Shown here one piece after another: positions 13,900-27,650 of a stretch of 64,000 nucleotides of DNA (positions are counted from its first letter, which is position 1; the number at the start of each line of letters is the position of its first letter). Source of the stretch: Octopus vulgaris. Taxonomy: Eukaryota. The DNA lies in contig OX597822.1 of assembly GCA_951406725.2 (NCBI GenBank), positions 91,512,001 through 91,576,000 on the forward strand. The letters are read 5' to 3'. The notes under the pieces were generated by a model. The model did no database searches, was not told where the DNA came from, and saw only the letters and a program-made list of their open reading frames with translations. A program made the position numbers and the translations under genes.

Positions 13900-14117
13900 T
13901 ATTCTTTTCTACTTTAGGCACAAAGCCCGAAATTTTTGGGGAGGGGGCCAGTCGATTAGATCGATCCCAGTACACAACTGGTACTTAATTTATTGACCCC
14001 AAAAGGATGAAAGGCAAAGTCAACCTCGGCGGAATTTGAACTCAAAACATAAAGACAGACGAAACAACGCTAAGCATTTTGCCTGGCATGCTAATGTTTC
14101 TGCCAGTTTGCTGCCTT
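13900..14117 (-). mobile_element. SINE family B
   Basis: Full-length reverse-complement copy. Confidence 0.88.
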
Positions 14118-14298
14118 GAAAATTCCATATATTGCTAGTACTTATGTTACTGACACCTCAGATAGATGAAAGTTGAAACTGAACATAATGGAATTTGAAC
14201 CCAGAATATAAAAGGATGTCACCAAATATTGGGAGTCATTATAATGATAACATCAAAAAATACCTTAGGAATGAGAACCCAGGTTCAACATTTCCCCA

Positions 14299-14345
14299 AG
14301 ACACCTGATGAAGGCTGGAGGGTATATCAGCTGAAACATTGTGTT
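14299..14345 (+). ncRNA. Minimal type-I hammerhead-ribozyme-like motif in a ~150-bp unit (14248-14397)
   Basis: gacac CTGATGA a ggctg-gagggtatat-cagct GAAA ca T T gtgtt: stem I gacac/gtgtt, 5-bp stem II and a 1-bp stem III with a 2-nt loop. Confidence 0.65.
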
Positions 14346-14396
14346 AACAACAAACAAGATGAGGACAAATATCTGTCAAATGTAAATAATGTAAAT

Positions 14397-15212
14397 ACAC
14401 AGGATGTTAAGGATAATACAGCATTGTGGGCATGGCTTAAACAAGGTGATTTGAAGTGTACCACCAAAACCTGATCATTGCTGCACAAGACCTGGCTCTC
14501 ATTACCAAGTCAGTGGAGTATAACATCAATAAAACTTCTGATACCCAGAAATGCAGACTCTGTGGAAAGAGTGTGGAAAATGTGACCCACTTAGTAAGTG
14601 GATGTGAGAGCCTTGCACAAAAAGAATACAATCGCTGCCACGATAATGTGTGAGTGTGTATCTTCATTGGCTCTTATGCCGTAAATACCAATTTGAAGTA
14701 ACAGAGAACTGGTATGAGCATGTACCAAGTCAAGTTATCCAGGAGGATGGAAAAGTAATGATACTTTGGGACTATGATTTTCAGATGGATCATGTAATCG
14801 AACACTGTTGGCTGGATATTGTCATATTGAATAAGAGAGACAAATACTGTCAGATCATTGATGTAGCCATACCAAATGACATGAATGTTGTGAGAGAAGA
14901 GGTTGAAAAATCACCAAGTACTCCGAATTAAAAGTGGAAATGGCAAGACTGCATGGAATGCAAGAGGGTAATGTAAAAGTGATACCAGTGGTGATCAGAG
15001 TGTTGGGCTCAATCCCATTGAAACTTCAAGACTTCTTAAGGCAACCGGAAATCCCATGCAAGATTAATGTCTTGCATAAAGCAGCCTTATTGGGCACACA
15101 TCTTAAGGAAAGTATTATCTGCCTGAGGTCCTTGTTGTGACTTGACAGATGACTAAAGACTCCGATGCATTTTTATCTACACTGTGTTACAAAGGAATAA
15201 TAATAATAATCC
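14397..15212 (+). mobile_element. 5'-truncated R4/Dong-like LINE (CCHC knuckle + RLE) ending in (TAA)n
   Basis: WAWLKQGDLK, IIAAQD, CRLCGKSVENVTHLVSGC, HDNV, ILWDYDFQ, LDIVI, IIDVAIP and IPVVI motifs; followed by ataataataat. Confidence 0.9.
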
Positions 15213-15284
15213 TTTCTACTATAGGCACAAGGTCTGAAATTTGGAGGAAGAGAATAGTCGATTACATTGAACCCAGTGTTTCAC

Positions 15285-15860
15285 AGAGAGCCTAATTGTA
15301 GCAGTCCAAGATTAAGCGATAAAAACAAACAACTTGAGGAAAAATGTATATGGGTAGAATATGCCAGAAAAATGTAGAGTCTGTGGAACTTGGAATGAGA
15401 CAGTAGCACGGATTTTTGCAGAATGTCCCAAGTTGGTACAGGAAAAATATAAGAAAAGGAGGCATGGTCAAGTTGTAAAAGTTTTACACTGGAAACTTTA
15501 TCAGAAATGGGGATTTGAAGCTGGAGACACATAGTATAAACATCAGATGGAATTGGACTTAGAGAATTGTAAGATTTTGTGGGACTTTCCCATTCAAACC
15601 GGAAGCTAGAAAATAATAGACAAGACATAACAATAATAGATAAGGGAAGTGAAGTTGTTTACTAATTTATCCATCATGTCCATCTGATTTCAGGATCAAA
15701 AAGAAAGAAGACATAAAAGAAAAAAAAAGGATTTACAATTCCATAAAATTTTAAATTGCAAGAATTTGGAATATGGAAGCTGTAAAGGTTGTGCCAATGA
15801 TAATTGGTGCATTGGAAACTGTAAGCAAAGATATAAAAGAAATGGTTGAAGGATGTATGC
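15285..15860 (+). mobile_element. Second decayed R4/Dong-like RLE fragment
   Basis: IVAVQD, CRVCG..NETVARIFAEC, RRHGQV, KILWDFPIQT and KVVPMIIGAL across frameshifts. Confidence 0.8.
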
Positions 15861-15885
15861 ATATGTGAGTACACACACACACACA

Positions 15886-15956
<71 letters not shown>

Positions 15957-16682
15957 TCACTCACTCACAAGTGAATAAACAGAAAGGAAGAAGCACTGCA
16001 CATTTCAGAAATGCATGGAACCTGTATCAATTAATACTAATTTAAAACTGCTATATAATTTTACTTTGGTTGCACCTTGCTTGTTTTGCAAAATCTTTTG
16101 CCATAATGGGTTATTGATAAAAAAACAAAACAAAATAGAAGCATTATACACCCTTTGGCTGTGAGAAAGGGAATGGAAAGTGATTTAAGTAAACAGCCAA
16201 TCATGTGCTCTCCTCACAATTCAACTTTACTGAGATATAAGTGGGTGTGGTCTCAGGAGATTTACTTGTTATATGCATTGTTTAACTTATAATGTGGAGA
16301 GGAAGCATCAATTGTGATTAATATTAACTGCATATTACAATACAGTTAATATTTTGTAACAGTTTTGACATTTGTATAATACACATTCCATGTATTCTTG
16401 AAATATGTGTAGTGCAGAACTGCTTCTTCCATTCATTTCATTCACTTATTCAATAATTGCTGACTTAGCAGCATAAACTGATTTTGTGCAGGAGTTTTAT
16501 AGCATCTGTCATCTTACAAGGATTACTCTATGATTTTGACACAGAACAAAGTGCACATTTGATACATGGATTATTAATACATTTAATTGACTGATTATTG
16601 CTTCCTTCATATTTTCTGTAAGAGCCTGAATATGTTAGAGGCTAATCAACTTTTTTACCATAATCAATTAGCTTCTGCTATG

Positions 16683-17063
16683 CAGCTGTGAGGTAAGAAG
16701 CTTGCTTCCCAACCAAATGGTTCTGGGTTCAGTCCTGCTGCATGGCACCTAGGGCAAGTGTCTTCTACTATAGCCTCGGGCTGACCAAAGCCCTGTCAGT
16801 GTATTTGGTAGATGGAAACTGAAAGAAGCGCATCGTATGTATATATATATATATACATTTGTGTGTGTGCTTGTGTCTGCTTGTACCCCACCTTCACCAT
16901 TTGGTGTGTTTTAGTCCCTGTAACTTAGCAGTTCAGCAAAAGAGACCAACAGAATAAGTACTAGGCTTACAAAGAATAAGTCCTGGGGTCAATTTGTTTA
17001 ACTAAAGGCAGTGCTCCAGCATGACCACAGTCAAATACCCAAACAAGTAAAAAAGTAAAGGAA
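16683..17063 (+). mobile_element. SINE family A with internal (TA)n/(TG)n
   Basis: Colinear with 23741-24172. Confidence 0.85.
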
Positions 17064-17679
17064 TATATATATGAAACATCATTGTCACATTTTAATGTAA
17101 TTGTTTCATTTTTAACAATTTCTGCCTCTGAATATATTTTCTAGTAAATATCCAAATTCAGTAATTAATATTGAAAACAAATTAAAATGGAAAACACTAC
17201 TAACTATTCCACATTAATCCCCTAGTTATTTCAGTTTGGATATGAACAGGGAAATTATATGCAGGTGATTTGCTAAAACACTTTTACATTTTTGACATCC
17301 TAAATGAAGTTTAACAATTTCAAGATGTTTTAATAAATGACAAGGTTATCATACTGTAGATATTACCCAACCCATTCCAGCATTGAAAACACACACAAGA
17401 ACTTGATATATATCATAGTATTGTAGGTAATTATATTATAGTTGTTTAATGGTTTAAGTCAGGAGAAAGAGGCAGATCCTATGACCTTTGTAGACTCTTT
17501 GTGATTAGGGAAATTCATATTATTGGTATTTAGTTTTAACATGTATAAGTTAAGAAAAACATGGGTAAGAAGGGAGTTACACAAAGCTGATATTCTGGAA
17601 ATAAATGGTTTTGTGTGTGGTATGTATGCTAAGAGGAGGTGAGATGGGCATGTCAGATGGAACTGGATAGATGTTGTAT

Positions 17680-18160
17680 GTAAAAGGAAAGTGAGAGTAG
17701 AGAGGCAAGTTTTGTCAAGCGAATGTTTTAAAAAAAGATGGGTGAATGTAGCAAGGATGGCACGTATGAATGACGAAGCCACCTTGAGCATAACCCTATG
17801 AACCCGGAAATTTAAAACAGAGGGTTACCCACCTGCAAACAAATGTGGTAACATGTAACAATATTGACCGAGGTTAGCGTGGTCTTTTCTGTAGGCTTTT
17901 CTTCCCACGGATAAACCTTATCTGCTTCCCCCTTTACACCTTACATCATGACACTGAGATACACGATCCCTATTCATTGTTTTTTCCCCTTTTTTCCTTT
18001 TTTTCCTTTTTTCTTTTGTTCTGTTTTTTTCTTCTTTCCCTTTTATGATCCCTTTTGATCGAAACCTACCCCATTTTTTTTTCCCAAAAAAAGAAAAGCT
18101 CTACTTTGTAATCTGTCCCATCTGTGTGTAGCCCTGTGTGGCTAATAAAGAAACATATCT
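17680..18160 (+). mobile_element. Probable L1/Tx1-like LINE 3' end (ORF2 C-terminus + 3'UTR)
   Basis: KRKVRVERQVLSSECFKKRWVNVARMARMNDEATLSITL* followed by a T-rich 3'UTR and AATAAA at ~18144. Clade call is by recognition only. Confidence 0.5.
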
Positions 18161-19458
18161 AATATAGAGTGATAATTGTGGCTTCACTGTAATAGAACAA
18201 AGAAAATGAATAAAAGGTACATTATTTTTAAAACTTAGTATTTGGATAAATACTTTACACAAGCCTATCTCAATATGCTTGTTAGCAAAAACATCCGATA
18301 GCAATAATTACTGTAGGCAACTTTTTCTGAAGTTCAACCAACCAGATCTTTCTAAAATCACTATTAACACACTGTAACGGGTAGAGTATATGAAAAAGAT
18401 TTACTATCTGTACTCAACTGTAATATTTGAAAGAAAAATATGGGGAGAGAAAAAAACAAACAAAGAAAAACAATCAGTATAATTATGATTCAATGTAAAT
18501 GATGTGATTGAATGTTTTTACATATCATCTTCTGTGGAACCAACCAATTAAAATAAATATTTTAAGAGTTTCAAATGATATATAATTTGTTGCACTAAAC
18601 AGAAAGAAAAAAGGTTAATGAGAGATCAAAGTAGTTATTTATAAATAAAATTTAATATTTCATATAAACGATTAAGGGAAGGGATAAACATACAGTTCTA
18701 ATTGTTGAGTAAACATTATTAAGTTATAGCCATAAAACTGTTAATTTGCCTTAACCATCATCTTAATTTCAAAACGATGAAATTTTTTATCAAAAAAAGC
18801 TCCACTGAGCCAAAATTCAGAACATCACACAAAGGAGAGTCTTTGTAAAAGAGAAGCAGTTAATATCAAGCCTGAATGATTAGTAAAGTGAGTAAGGCTA
18901 GAAAACCTAGAAGCTGAGTGCAAACCAGATCAACTACTAGACATGTTGCTATTAAATACTGAGAAAATTCTTTGATTTTGGTATACCTTACAGTAATTTC
19001 TTCAATATAAATACATTTTAATTTAAAAAACATCAGAAAACACATTAAGATTGGAGGTAAACTTCTCTACAATGTATTTGAATTAGAAAAATGTTGAGTG
19101 TTGTTATTGCTTTTATAGAATAACTAGATGTTATTGATAATTTTCAAGTGTATAGACAATTAGTGCATAGAGAGTAATTAAGTTTATATGAATATGATTT
19201 CAGAAATGAGAAGTCTAGAAACTCTCTTGTAGACAGCAATAAATAGCAGTACTGAACTTAAATACATATTTGGAAAAGAAACACTTTTTATATTTGAAGA
19301 GGCATGGAAAACATTGAAATAAAGCAAATAATTAAGTTTAGAATTATAATAAATGCATAAGTACAGTCAGTTCTAGCTTTCTAGTCTGAAAGTGTAGAAC
19401 AAGTTGTGTATTTTTGGAAGGTATTTAACCAATTTTGAATGATGGGAACAAGATTTAA

Positions 19459-19678
19459 CCCTTTCGTTACCAGTCCGCCTGAAACCGGCTCTGGCTCTGA
19501 GTACAAATATCTTGTTTTCATAAGTTTTGAATTAAAATCTCCCATCAAACCTTAGTCACAATCTATGTCCCTAACTCTAGCTGAATGATAACGAAGTTAT
19601 TTTACTAAATTCTTTGTTATATTTAAAGTAATTGAAAGAAACACAGAGCATCTTAAAATAAATACAGTAATGAAAGGG
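19459..19678. mobile_element. 220-bp piggyBac-type MITE
   Basis: TTAA on both sides; TIR ccctttcgttac / gtaatgaaaggg; second copy at 52194-52413. Confidence 0.92.
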
Positions 19679-20538
19679 TTAAAGATTTTTCACTTATAAT
19701 GGTCATTATGACATATAATGGGAGTTCAGCTGCTATTGCATTATTACCTATAACACATTACAGGATTAACAACTGAGGCCTTGAACTGGAGTTATGTATT
19801 CATGTTCTTAGGTATGTATTGCACACTGAGTCACAAAGTAAAAAAAAAAAGAAACTATTTACTTTTAAAAGTAATTTATATATTCATAATTTATTGCACT
19901 TATTTCTCATAATTTATGCTCAACACTTAACTTTTTGTTTGATAGTTGTTGTCAGTCACCACTACTTTGTACGTATTTTAGTACTGACAGCAATAAGATG
20001 AGATAAGCAATGATATCTAACTTTATCTTATAATGATCTGCATATTTTATTTTAATACCTACACTCCTGATGTGTTTCTACCAGGCCACAGAAACAGGCA
20101 TAAACTTACCCTATTTTCCAATTTTTCAAGGCAGGAAGACTAATTCTGTGCATTTATAGATTTGTACAAGATTCTATACTGTGCATATAATTAGTGTGAA
20201 CTCATAATATTCAAAACAAAATGATAAAAGTGGATTATTGAAACAAAAATATCATATGGGACATAAGTTTTTCTTTGAGCAACCTGTCACTATTGTTCTG
20301 GAAGACAGAAATAAGTGCAAAAAAAAAAAAAACCGAAACTAGTGGGTTAGTTGTAGCACAACAAACAACCAGAGGTTGTGACACCATCTTCTGTCAGCTG
20401 ATTGAATCAACAGGCAAGCAGACTTTAGAATGTCATCATTAGCCACATATACTGTACCTCACTACTCAATATTGATTGCAGCAATTTAACAGCCATCATC
20501 AGCAACAGCATCAGCAGTATCAGCGCAGTCTTGTGCAA

Positions 20539-20796
20539 ATGGTGACACGAAGAGAAAGAGGAAGAGGAGAAGAGGAGAGGAGGAAACAAGCAAGTGATTC
20601 TTGGGTTGTAAACAGTTTGTTGAGGTTCACTTTTGTAGGTCAGATGAGCCAAAAGATAGTACTGAGTGCTCTGCTGCATGATGAAGAGGATGGGTATGGC
20701 ACTTGTACAGAACCAGATGTCTTGAGTAGGCTCATATTGCAAGATGTCCACAGGAATGGCAATGGTGCAAAATTAACAGACTATTCAGTGCAAAAG
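20539..20796 (+). CDS. Candidate coding exon of an unidentified host gene (possible alternative first exon; ATG at 20539 or 20644, or acceptor at 20638)
   Basis: Non-repetitive, higher-GC open frame MSQKIVLSALLHDEEDGYGTCTEPDVLSRLILQDVHRNGNGAKLTDYSVQK ending at AAG|GTACTT (donor-like), followed by a sharp drop to AT-rich sequence. ttttgtag acceptor-like site at 20631-20638. Confidence 0.45.
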
Positions 20797-21282
20797 GTAC
20801 TTTACATTGTTAAAGAACAATTTTTTTAGTGTGTTCTTTAATTAAGTAGGTATAAATAATCTATGGTAATGAATTTTGTAGTATTTATGTATATTTTTCT
20901 GGAAACACCACTTTGTTAATTATCAAAATAAAATTTGTAATTTGTGATTTATTAAGTATATAATGTAATTTTTGAAGTCTATTACTATTTTATTTTTAAT
21001 TAATTTTAATAGCACAAAGTGTGTATTTTATAATTAATGATGTTTATTTGAATTTTCTGAAGTCTATATATATTTTTTTTAGCTAAAACTGTAATTAAAA
21101 TCAGAATTTCTTACATAGATAAAATACCAGAAATTTTGTGGGGAAGAGGGCTTAGTTGATTAAATCGACTTCAGTACTTGATAAATACTTTATTTTATGG
21201 CCCAGAAAGGATGATAAATTAGCACCAACAACATTTAAATTCAAATTATAAAGAATTGGAACAAATAACGAAATTCACTATC

Positions 21283-21370
<88 letters not shown>

Positions 21371-21377
21371 TAATAAT
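21283..21377. repeat. (AAT)n microsatellite
   Basis: Directly visible; flanked by decayed SINE-B pieces. Confidence 0.95.
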
Positions 21378-23740
21378 TTCATACAGAAGCATAAGGTCAG
21401 GAATTTTGTTGGGAGTAAATAATAAATTATATGACTATAGGCAAAGTTGATCTTGGCAAAATTTGAAATCAGAAGCCAGAACAATTAGTGCAAGGTATTT
21501 TGTTCAGAACTCTGCTGATTCCTCTGATAAAATTAAAATAAACCACACAGGTAAATTCTTTGACCATTGAACACAGCTAGATTGGGCTCTATTAGGATTT
21601 GCAGCACCATTCTCAAAGTGGACAGTTTATGATATAATACTGGAGGTACAGGGGTGGTAAATGGCTTTTGAGTTTGCAGAATAGACTATCTGGCTTCACA
21701 ACTTAGCAAACAAAAGAATATTTTAGATTGTTTTTAGAAATTACAAAGCCTGACAGTCAAACCAGCCATTGACAGTTATGAACAAATTGTCAGCTATGTC
21801 TGTAAGAAAAAATTCTTTCCAAATATGTGGTAACTAAAAGCTTACTTATCGCATGCAAAACAGATATTAATAAACTCTTACACACTTCTGTGCTTATGTA
21901 TAATTGAATTATATATATATTTTTTTAATACAATTTTATTTTAATCTTGTCATTTTCTGTGGATGGCCATAATTTTTTTCTATACTAGTTGCTATATTAG
22001 TAATGTTCAGTTCTTTCAGTAAGGTCCTTATATATTGCCTTAGTTGCTAACATCTTTCAAAGTGTAAGAGCCTATAGATATCTGTTTTGCATGTGATAAC
22101 TGAGACTTTAAATCTAGGCTTAGTCTTGATGTACCCTATAATCTTTAGTGAATATAAAGAAAATACAGTAACCTGCAACTTAAAACACTCCCCCACAATA
22201 ATATAGTTTTTGCTGTTTTTATCTTCAGAAAGTACTCTAACATAACAATGATATTTTTATCTTTCAAATAGTGGCAGCAGTTAACTTGAATACATTTTAT
22301 ATACCTTAACTAGTCTTTTGGTGATAACAAAGACTATCAGAAATATATATCTGTATTGCAAAAATAGAATTTAAGATTGCCATACAATAAAGATTAGAGA
22401 GTAAAATGTTTGAGTCAGTAACTGAAATTACTTTGGCAGAATCCTATAAATATTAGTGAATAGTTATTTAAAACAAATAAAATAAAAACATTGTGTAATT
22501 TAGAAACGAACAATAAAACAAAATTTTCAAGATTATAATTCAGATACATAATAATTTAAGAATACTGTTTAGTACATTACAAATAATCTTTCTTTGAAGA
22601 GCTTATGTTTGTATGTACATATGAATACACATATACACAAGCAAACAAAACACACATACGCACATATGCCAACTATTAGAAACGGTATATCATTTCAAGT
22701 GTTTTGAATAATGAAGTGAAATGTAAAAGAACTGTCTAGGAAAATGGACTGGAGCACTAACTAAAATCTAAAGAACACCTTTACCCAAACTTTCCAGAAA
22801 TGAACTTGTGTATAACTATTTTGATTCAGTCACACATTTTCTAGGAGAAAAGCTGTTAACAACCTAGATATAAAGATTCCACTGCTGAATACTTATTGTG
22901 CTTTTTTTTTTAAAGATTTGTTAAGTGCTTTGCTAAAGAACAATACAAATAAAAAGATAGAAATTCAGACCTTGTTGGTTATCTCACATAAGAAATATCA
23001 ACTAAATGTCAGTTCAGTAATCTTTAAACCCACAAACAAGTTAGACAGTCAATTCTGGTTACAAATTGAAACAGCAATGTAAAAACTAATTTAAGTTTAA
23101 AAAAAAAAGAGAAAAGGGGAGCACAAATAAAGGAATTAGAGATTTTAAATAAAAATTCAAAGAATTTAGTTTTAAATATTTTAAAAGTCTGGTTCAGATG
23201 ATTCTAATATAGTTGTATATTTGAAATTCTTTATAATTTCATGCTGTTGACTGTTTAGCTGTTTCTTTCACTTAAGCATAATTACATACAATGGTAACCT
23301 TGTGGTCTTTTGCGGTAAAAAGTCTACATTTTATAGTATGGTTCTTATAGTATGCAAGTTCATTTAATGAAATGATGCTGGGTATGGGTCCCATAAGTGA
23401 AATTTTATTAGTAAAGGAGAGATTTTCAGATAATCTTTCATTCAAACAATAGATTAAGTAAATATTTATATCATTTTAAACTTTTCCTGGAATATAAGTA
23501 ACACTGATCTGACAAATTAAGTAAATAGTTAAGAATTTGGGTAGGACCAAGCTCCTAGTTGATCAAGTCAATGGAGCAGTATACTAAAAACTCTAGGGAG
23601 AGCATGGACATCACAGTATCCATTTCTGATTTTCCAAAATGTGCTTTATCAGAGAAACCAATAATCAATTAATGCAGCTTGCAAGACAATAAGCACTAAG
23701 TTTTATACTTTTTTTAATTGACTTCATGTTTGATTATATA

Positions 23741-23915
23741 GGCATAGGAGTGGCTGTGTGGTAAGTAGCTTGCTTACGAACCACATGGTTCTGGGTTCAG
23801 TCCCACTGCATGGCACCTTGGGCAAGTGTCTTCTATTATAGCCTCGGGCCGACCAAAGCCTTGCGAGCGGATTTGGTAGACGGAAACTGAAAGAAGCCCG
23901 TCGTATATATATATG

Positions 23916-23963
<48 letters not shown>

Positions 23964-24172
23964 CGTGTTTGTCTGTGTTTGTTCCCCCAGCATCACTTGA
24001 CAACCGATGCTGGTGTGTTTATGTCTCCGTAACTTAGCGGTTTGGCAAAAAAGAGACCGATAAAATAAGTCCTAGGCTAGAATAAGTCCTGGGGGCGATT
24101 TGATCAACTAAAGGCGGTGCTCCAGCATGGCCACAGTCACATGACTGAAACAAGTAAAAGAGTAAAGAGTAA
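23741..24172 (+). mobile_element. Near-intact tRNA-headed SINE family A
   Basis: A box tggctgtgtgg, B box ggttcagtccc, CORE-like accttgggcaagt, internal (TA)(TG) tract and tail tgactgaaacaagtaaaagagtaaagag. Confidence 0.9.
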
Positions 24173-24352
24173 ACTGATGCTTGATCATACAGATTTTCTA
24201 TAGAAAATCTGAAAAAAAAGGTTAAGGAAGGTGTTAATAAAAAAATGAAAGTATAAGTTGAAAATTGTACTCCCTAATTGAGAAGAACAAAAGGCATGCC
24301 AATGAAATCTACGCAATGCTGACAGTGATAAGTGTGTCACTATACAATGTAA

Positions 24353-24655
24353 GACTGGCACTCGATTGGTTACAACAACAAGTGTTCCAGTTGATCCATT
24401 CAATGGAACAGCATGCTTGTGAAGTTAATGTGCAAGTGGCTGAGTACCCCATAAACATGCATACCCTTAATGTAGTTCTCAGAGAGATTCAATGTGACAC
24501 AGAATGGCCCTTTGAATTACAACTCATTGTTGCCAGCTGAGTAGACTGGGGCAATGTGAAATAGAGTGTCTTACACAACACACTGGCAAAAAATGAACTC
24601 ACAACCTTATGATTGTGAACCGAATGTTCTTAACCACTAAGCCACGTGTCTTCAC
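24353..24655 (-). mobile_element. tRNA-headed SINE family C
   Basis: Minus strand begins gtgaagacacgTGGCTTAGTGGttaag...ttgtGAGTTC, then a ccagtctactcagctgg central domain. Confidence 0.7.
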
Positions 24656-24724
24656 ACTAAACAGTGAGCTTCTTTAGTAAAACCTATATACAGTCGTTTC
24701 CACTTGAAAATGTAATGCACTGGG

Positions 24725-24831
24725 CACAGACATAGCTGTTGAGTTTGCTTCCAGACCAAATGTTCTCATGGTTAATTCTACTGCATGTTCTACTATAGAT
24801 AGATAGAGAGGGAGAGAGAGAGAAAGAGAGA

Positions 24832-24897
<66 letters not shown>

Positions 24898-25090
24898 CAG
24901 TGTCACTGTCACATAATCTATGTTCTTTGTTTCCAATCTATTGTGAAAACATGTCTGGCCATAAGAAATATTGGTTTACATGGAAACAGGTGAAAGTAAT
25001 TGACAGGAAAGGCAATTAGGCATAGAAAATTCACATTGACAAATTCCATCTGATCCATATGAACAAATGGATGTTAAAATGATGATGAAG

Positions 25091-25092
<2 letters not shown>
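24725..25092 (+). mobile_element. Decayed SINE with internal (GA)n and RTE-like 3' tail
   Basis: Head resembles family A; tail acaggaaaggcaattaggcatagaaaa...ggatgttaaaatgatgatg resembles the RTE tail. Confidence 0.55.
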
Positions 25093-25121
<29 letters not shown>

Positions 25122-25147
25122 TGTATGTATGTATGTATGTATGTATG

Positions 25148-25199
<52 letters not shown>

Positions 25200-25247
25200 C
25201 ATACATATATATATGACACACATGTACATATATGTATATACATTTGT

Positions 25248-25292
<45 letters not shown>

Positions 25293-25869
25293 TATAAATA
25301 ATAAACTATCAACTAAAATGACTTTCTCTTGGACAAATATTTCCACCAATATTCTCTATGGGTACTAAACAACTTCTATTTCTCACTTTTTTTTAAAAGT
25401 ATTTCTACTGTAATGTAAATAATATAATTAAGAGTCCCTTAAACACTCTGTACTGAAGTTATTCAGGGAAACTCAAAATAGTAGTTTTTGTGTACAAATA
25501 TCAAGTGTATATTATATTTATAATAAGGAAAACCAAAAGATCAAATATATAAATATACAAATATATAAAAGTTCCTTCCAAAATATTTCTCTTCTTTGTG
25601 AAGAAACAGAAAAAAAAACTGATGAAAAATGATTTGTATATATGTGTGTGCATATATACACATACATATATAGTTAATCAAATATATCCTTTGAAAATAA
25701 AGTGTACTAGATTTCAGGCAAGTGCTCTTGATATGAGAAATGTCTAAAACCTTAAAGGTATCCAGAGATTCAATTAGAGCGATTAGAAAGTAAAAGCAAG
25801 AAAAATTACATCATAAAAATCACAGTAGAGATACATCCATAATATAAATAAAATTGTATTAGTAAACGA

Positions 25870-26830
25870 ATATATAAAGTATAACTATGATTATTTAAAA
25901 AGGTTTGAGATATAATTTTCCTAATAATCATAAGTATCACCATATATTTAATAGATCAACAATTGAAATACATTTTACTACATTGCCAAACATAAGATCA
26001 ATTATTGCCAGCTCTAATAGATGAAAACTTAATAAATATAAATATAGTTTAAGAAATAATACTAACAACTATAATACTAGTAATGAAATACACAATAGTC
26101 CTACAGCACCAAATAATACTCAATATAATACCAGTTTATTACAAGAATACATAGCAATACTATAACATTAACTAAATCTCAACAAAATTCCAATAATTAT
26201 ACATCTCAAAATCTGCAAACTATTGGATATGACAGGACTTTAGGTAATCCAATACCACAATCTAATAACAATAGTAATATACAAACAGTTAATTTACCTA
26301 GTTCTACTATAAATGATTCCACAACAAATTTAAATATAACACCACACCATAACAAATAATCATAACACCATTAAATCTTATACCACAAAACAGAAACATA
26401 CAACTAAATATTGCACATGTAAAAATAAAAAATCATGTCCTTTAGAAGGCAAATGTAGAAGGTTCAACGTTATATATAAGTGTATTTTTACTAAAACTGC
26501 TAACTCACACAGTATAGTATATATAGGGAGCTCTATTGACTTTTAAACAAAGAACTTTAGCACACTTACATTCATTTAAACTGAATACTATGAATAACAC
26601 TGCTTCATTGGCTACATATGTACATAAACTCAAACAAAAAAATGTTGACTATAAATTATCCCGGTCAATTATTGACTCAGCTACACCATATACCCATAAA
26701 TCTTCTATCTGCCATCTATGTACAAAAGAATCACTATACATATAATTATATAAACAAAATAATTTAATTAATTACCAATTGGAAGCATTATCCACGTGTA
26801 GACATAGGTTTTATAAAACCTTTAAAACTA
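25870..26830 (+). mobile_element. 5'-truncated Penelope-like element (Asn-rich linker + GIY-YIG endonuclease)
   Basis: HIFNRSTIEIHFTTLPNIRSII, Asn/Thr-rich linker, CTCKNKKSCPLEGKCRRFNVIYKC...VYIGS...FKQR..H.HSFK...ICHLCTKESLYI. Confidence 0.85.
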
Positions 26831-27550
26831 TAAGAGATCATCAAGATAAGACTCACATTAATATCTTGAATTTCGTATAGTGGCATCATAATAAAATAGT
26901 AGGATTGTTGTAAGTAAGAAAACAGAAACATAAAATTGAATTATTTTACACTATGCACATGTTCACATTGTATAGATTATCCATTACACGAGTGCCTGAA
27001 ATTTGTCTAATTGAAACTTGAACCTGTACTCCTCTAATGTATAACAAACTGGTTTTAACTATAATACTTTAAATATAACACATTAATTTACTCTATATAG
27101 GGTCAGTACATGGCTATTTTTACATTTGCATAAAATATAATAATGATATCTTCCAGTGCTTCATTTAAGTGCTCCATTCATCAAATTGAAGAAACGTACA
27201 TACACATGGATCTCAAAAAGGCACAAAAATGTAAACATAAAGACATAAAAAGCTTTTTCCTTTTTTTCTTTTCATTTCCCTTTTTCTCCTATATATATTC
27301 CTCCAATAAACTCTAAATCATTCTCTAAATAGAACGAGATAAATGCAAATTTACTTTGAAATAACAAACTGAAACAGCTGTAAATGTTCTTGAACTACAA
27401 TTAAACTATGACCTTTTAATACCAACTTTTAATTGTTAATTGTTGCTCCATTTCTTTTCTTATCTGAATATACTAAACCACAGTTTACCATTTAAATTAC
27501 CAACTACTGTTAACCTTATAGCAAGGTTAAGTAGTGAAGTAATACACCAG

Positions 27551-27650
27551 TAATACACATAGTGTATTAGTAATACACATGGTGTATTAGTAATACACAT
27601 AGTGTATAAGTAATACACATAGTGTATAAGTAATACACATAGTGAAGTAA
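27551..27650. repeat. 20-bp minisatellite with self-palindromic unit (taatacac-ata-gtgtatta-g) x5
   Basis: Directly visible; intact units form an 8-bp stem with a 3-nt loop. Confidence 0.9.

Noticed and set aside
20064-20115. ctgatgt...gaaacagg as a hammerhead
   Set aside because: The core is mutated and stems I and III are unsupported.
27551-27650. CRISPR-like palindromic repeats
   Set aside because: No spacers; it is a plain tandem array.
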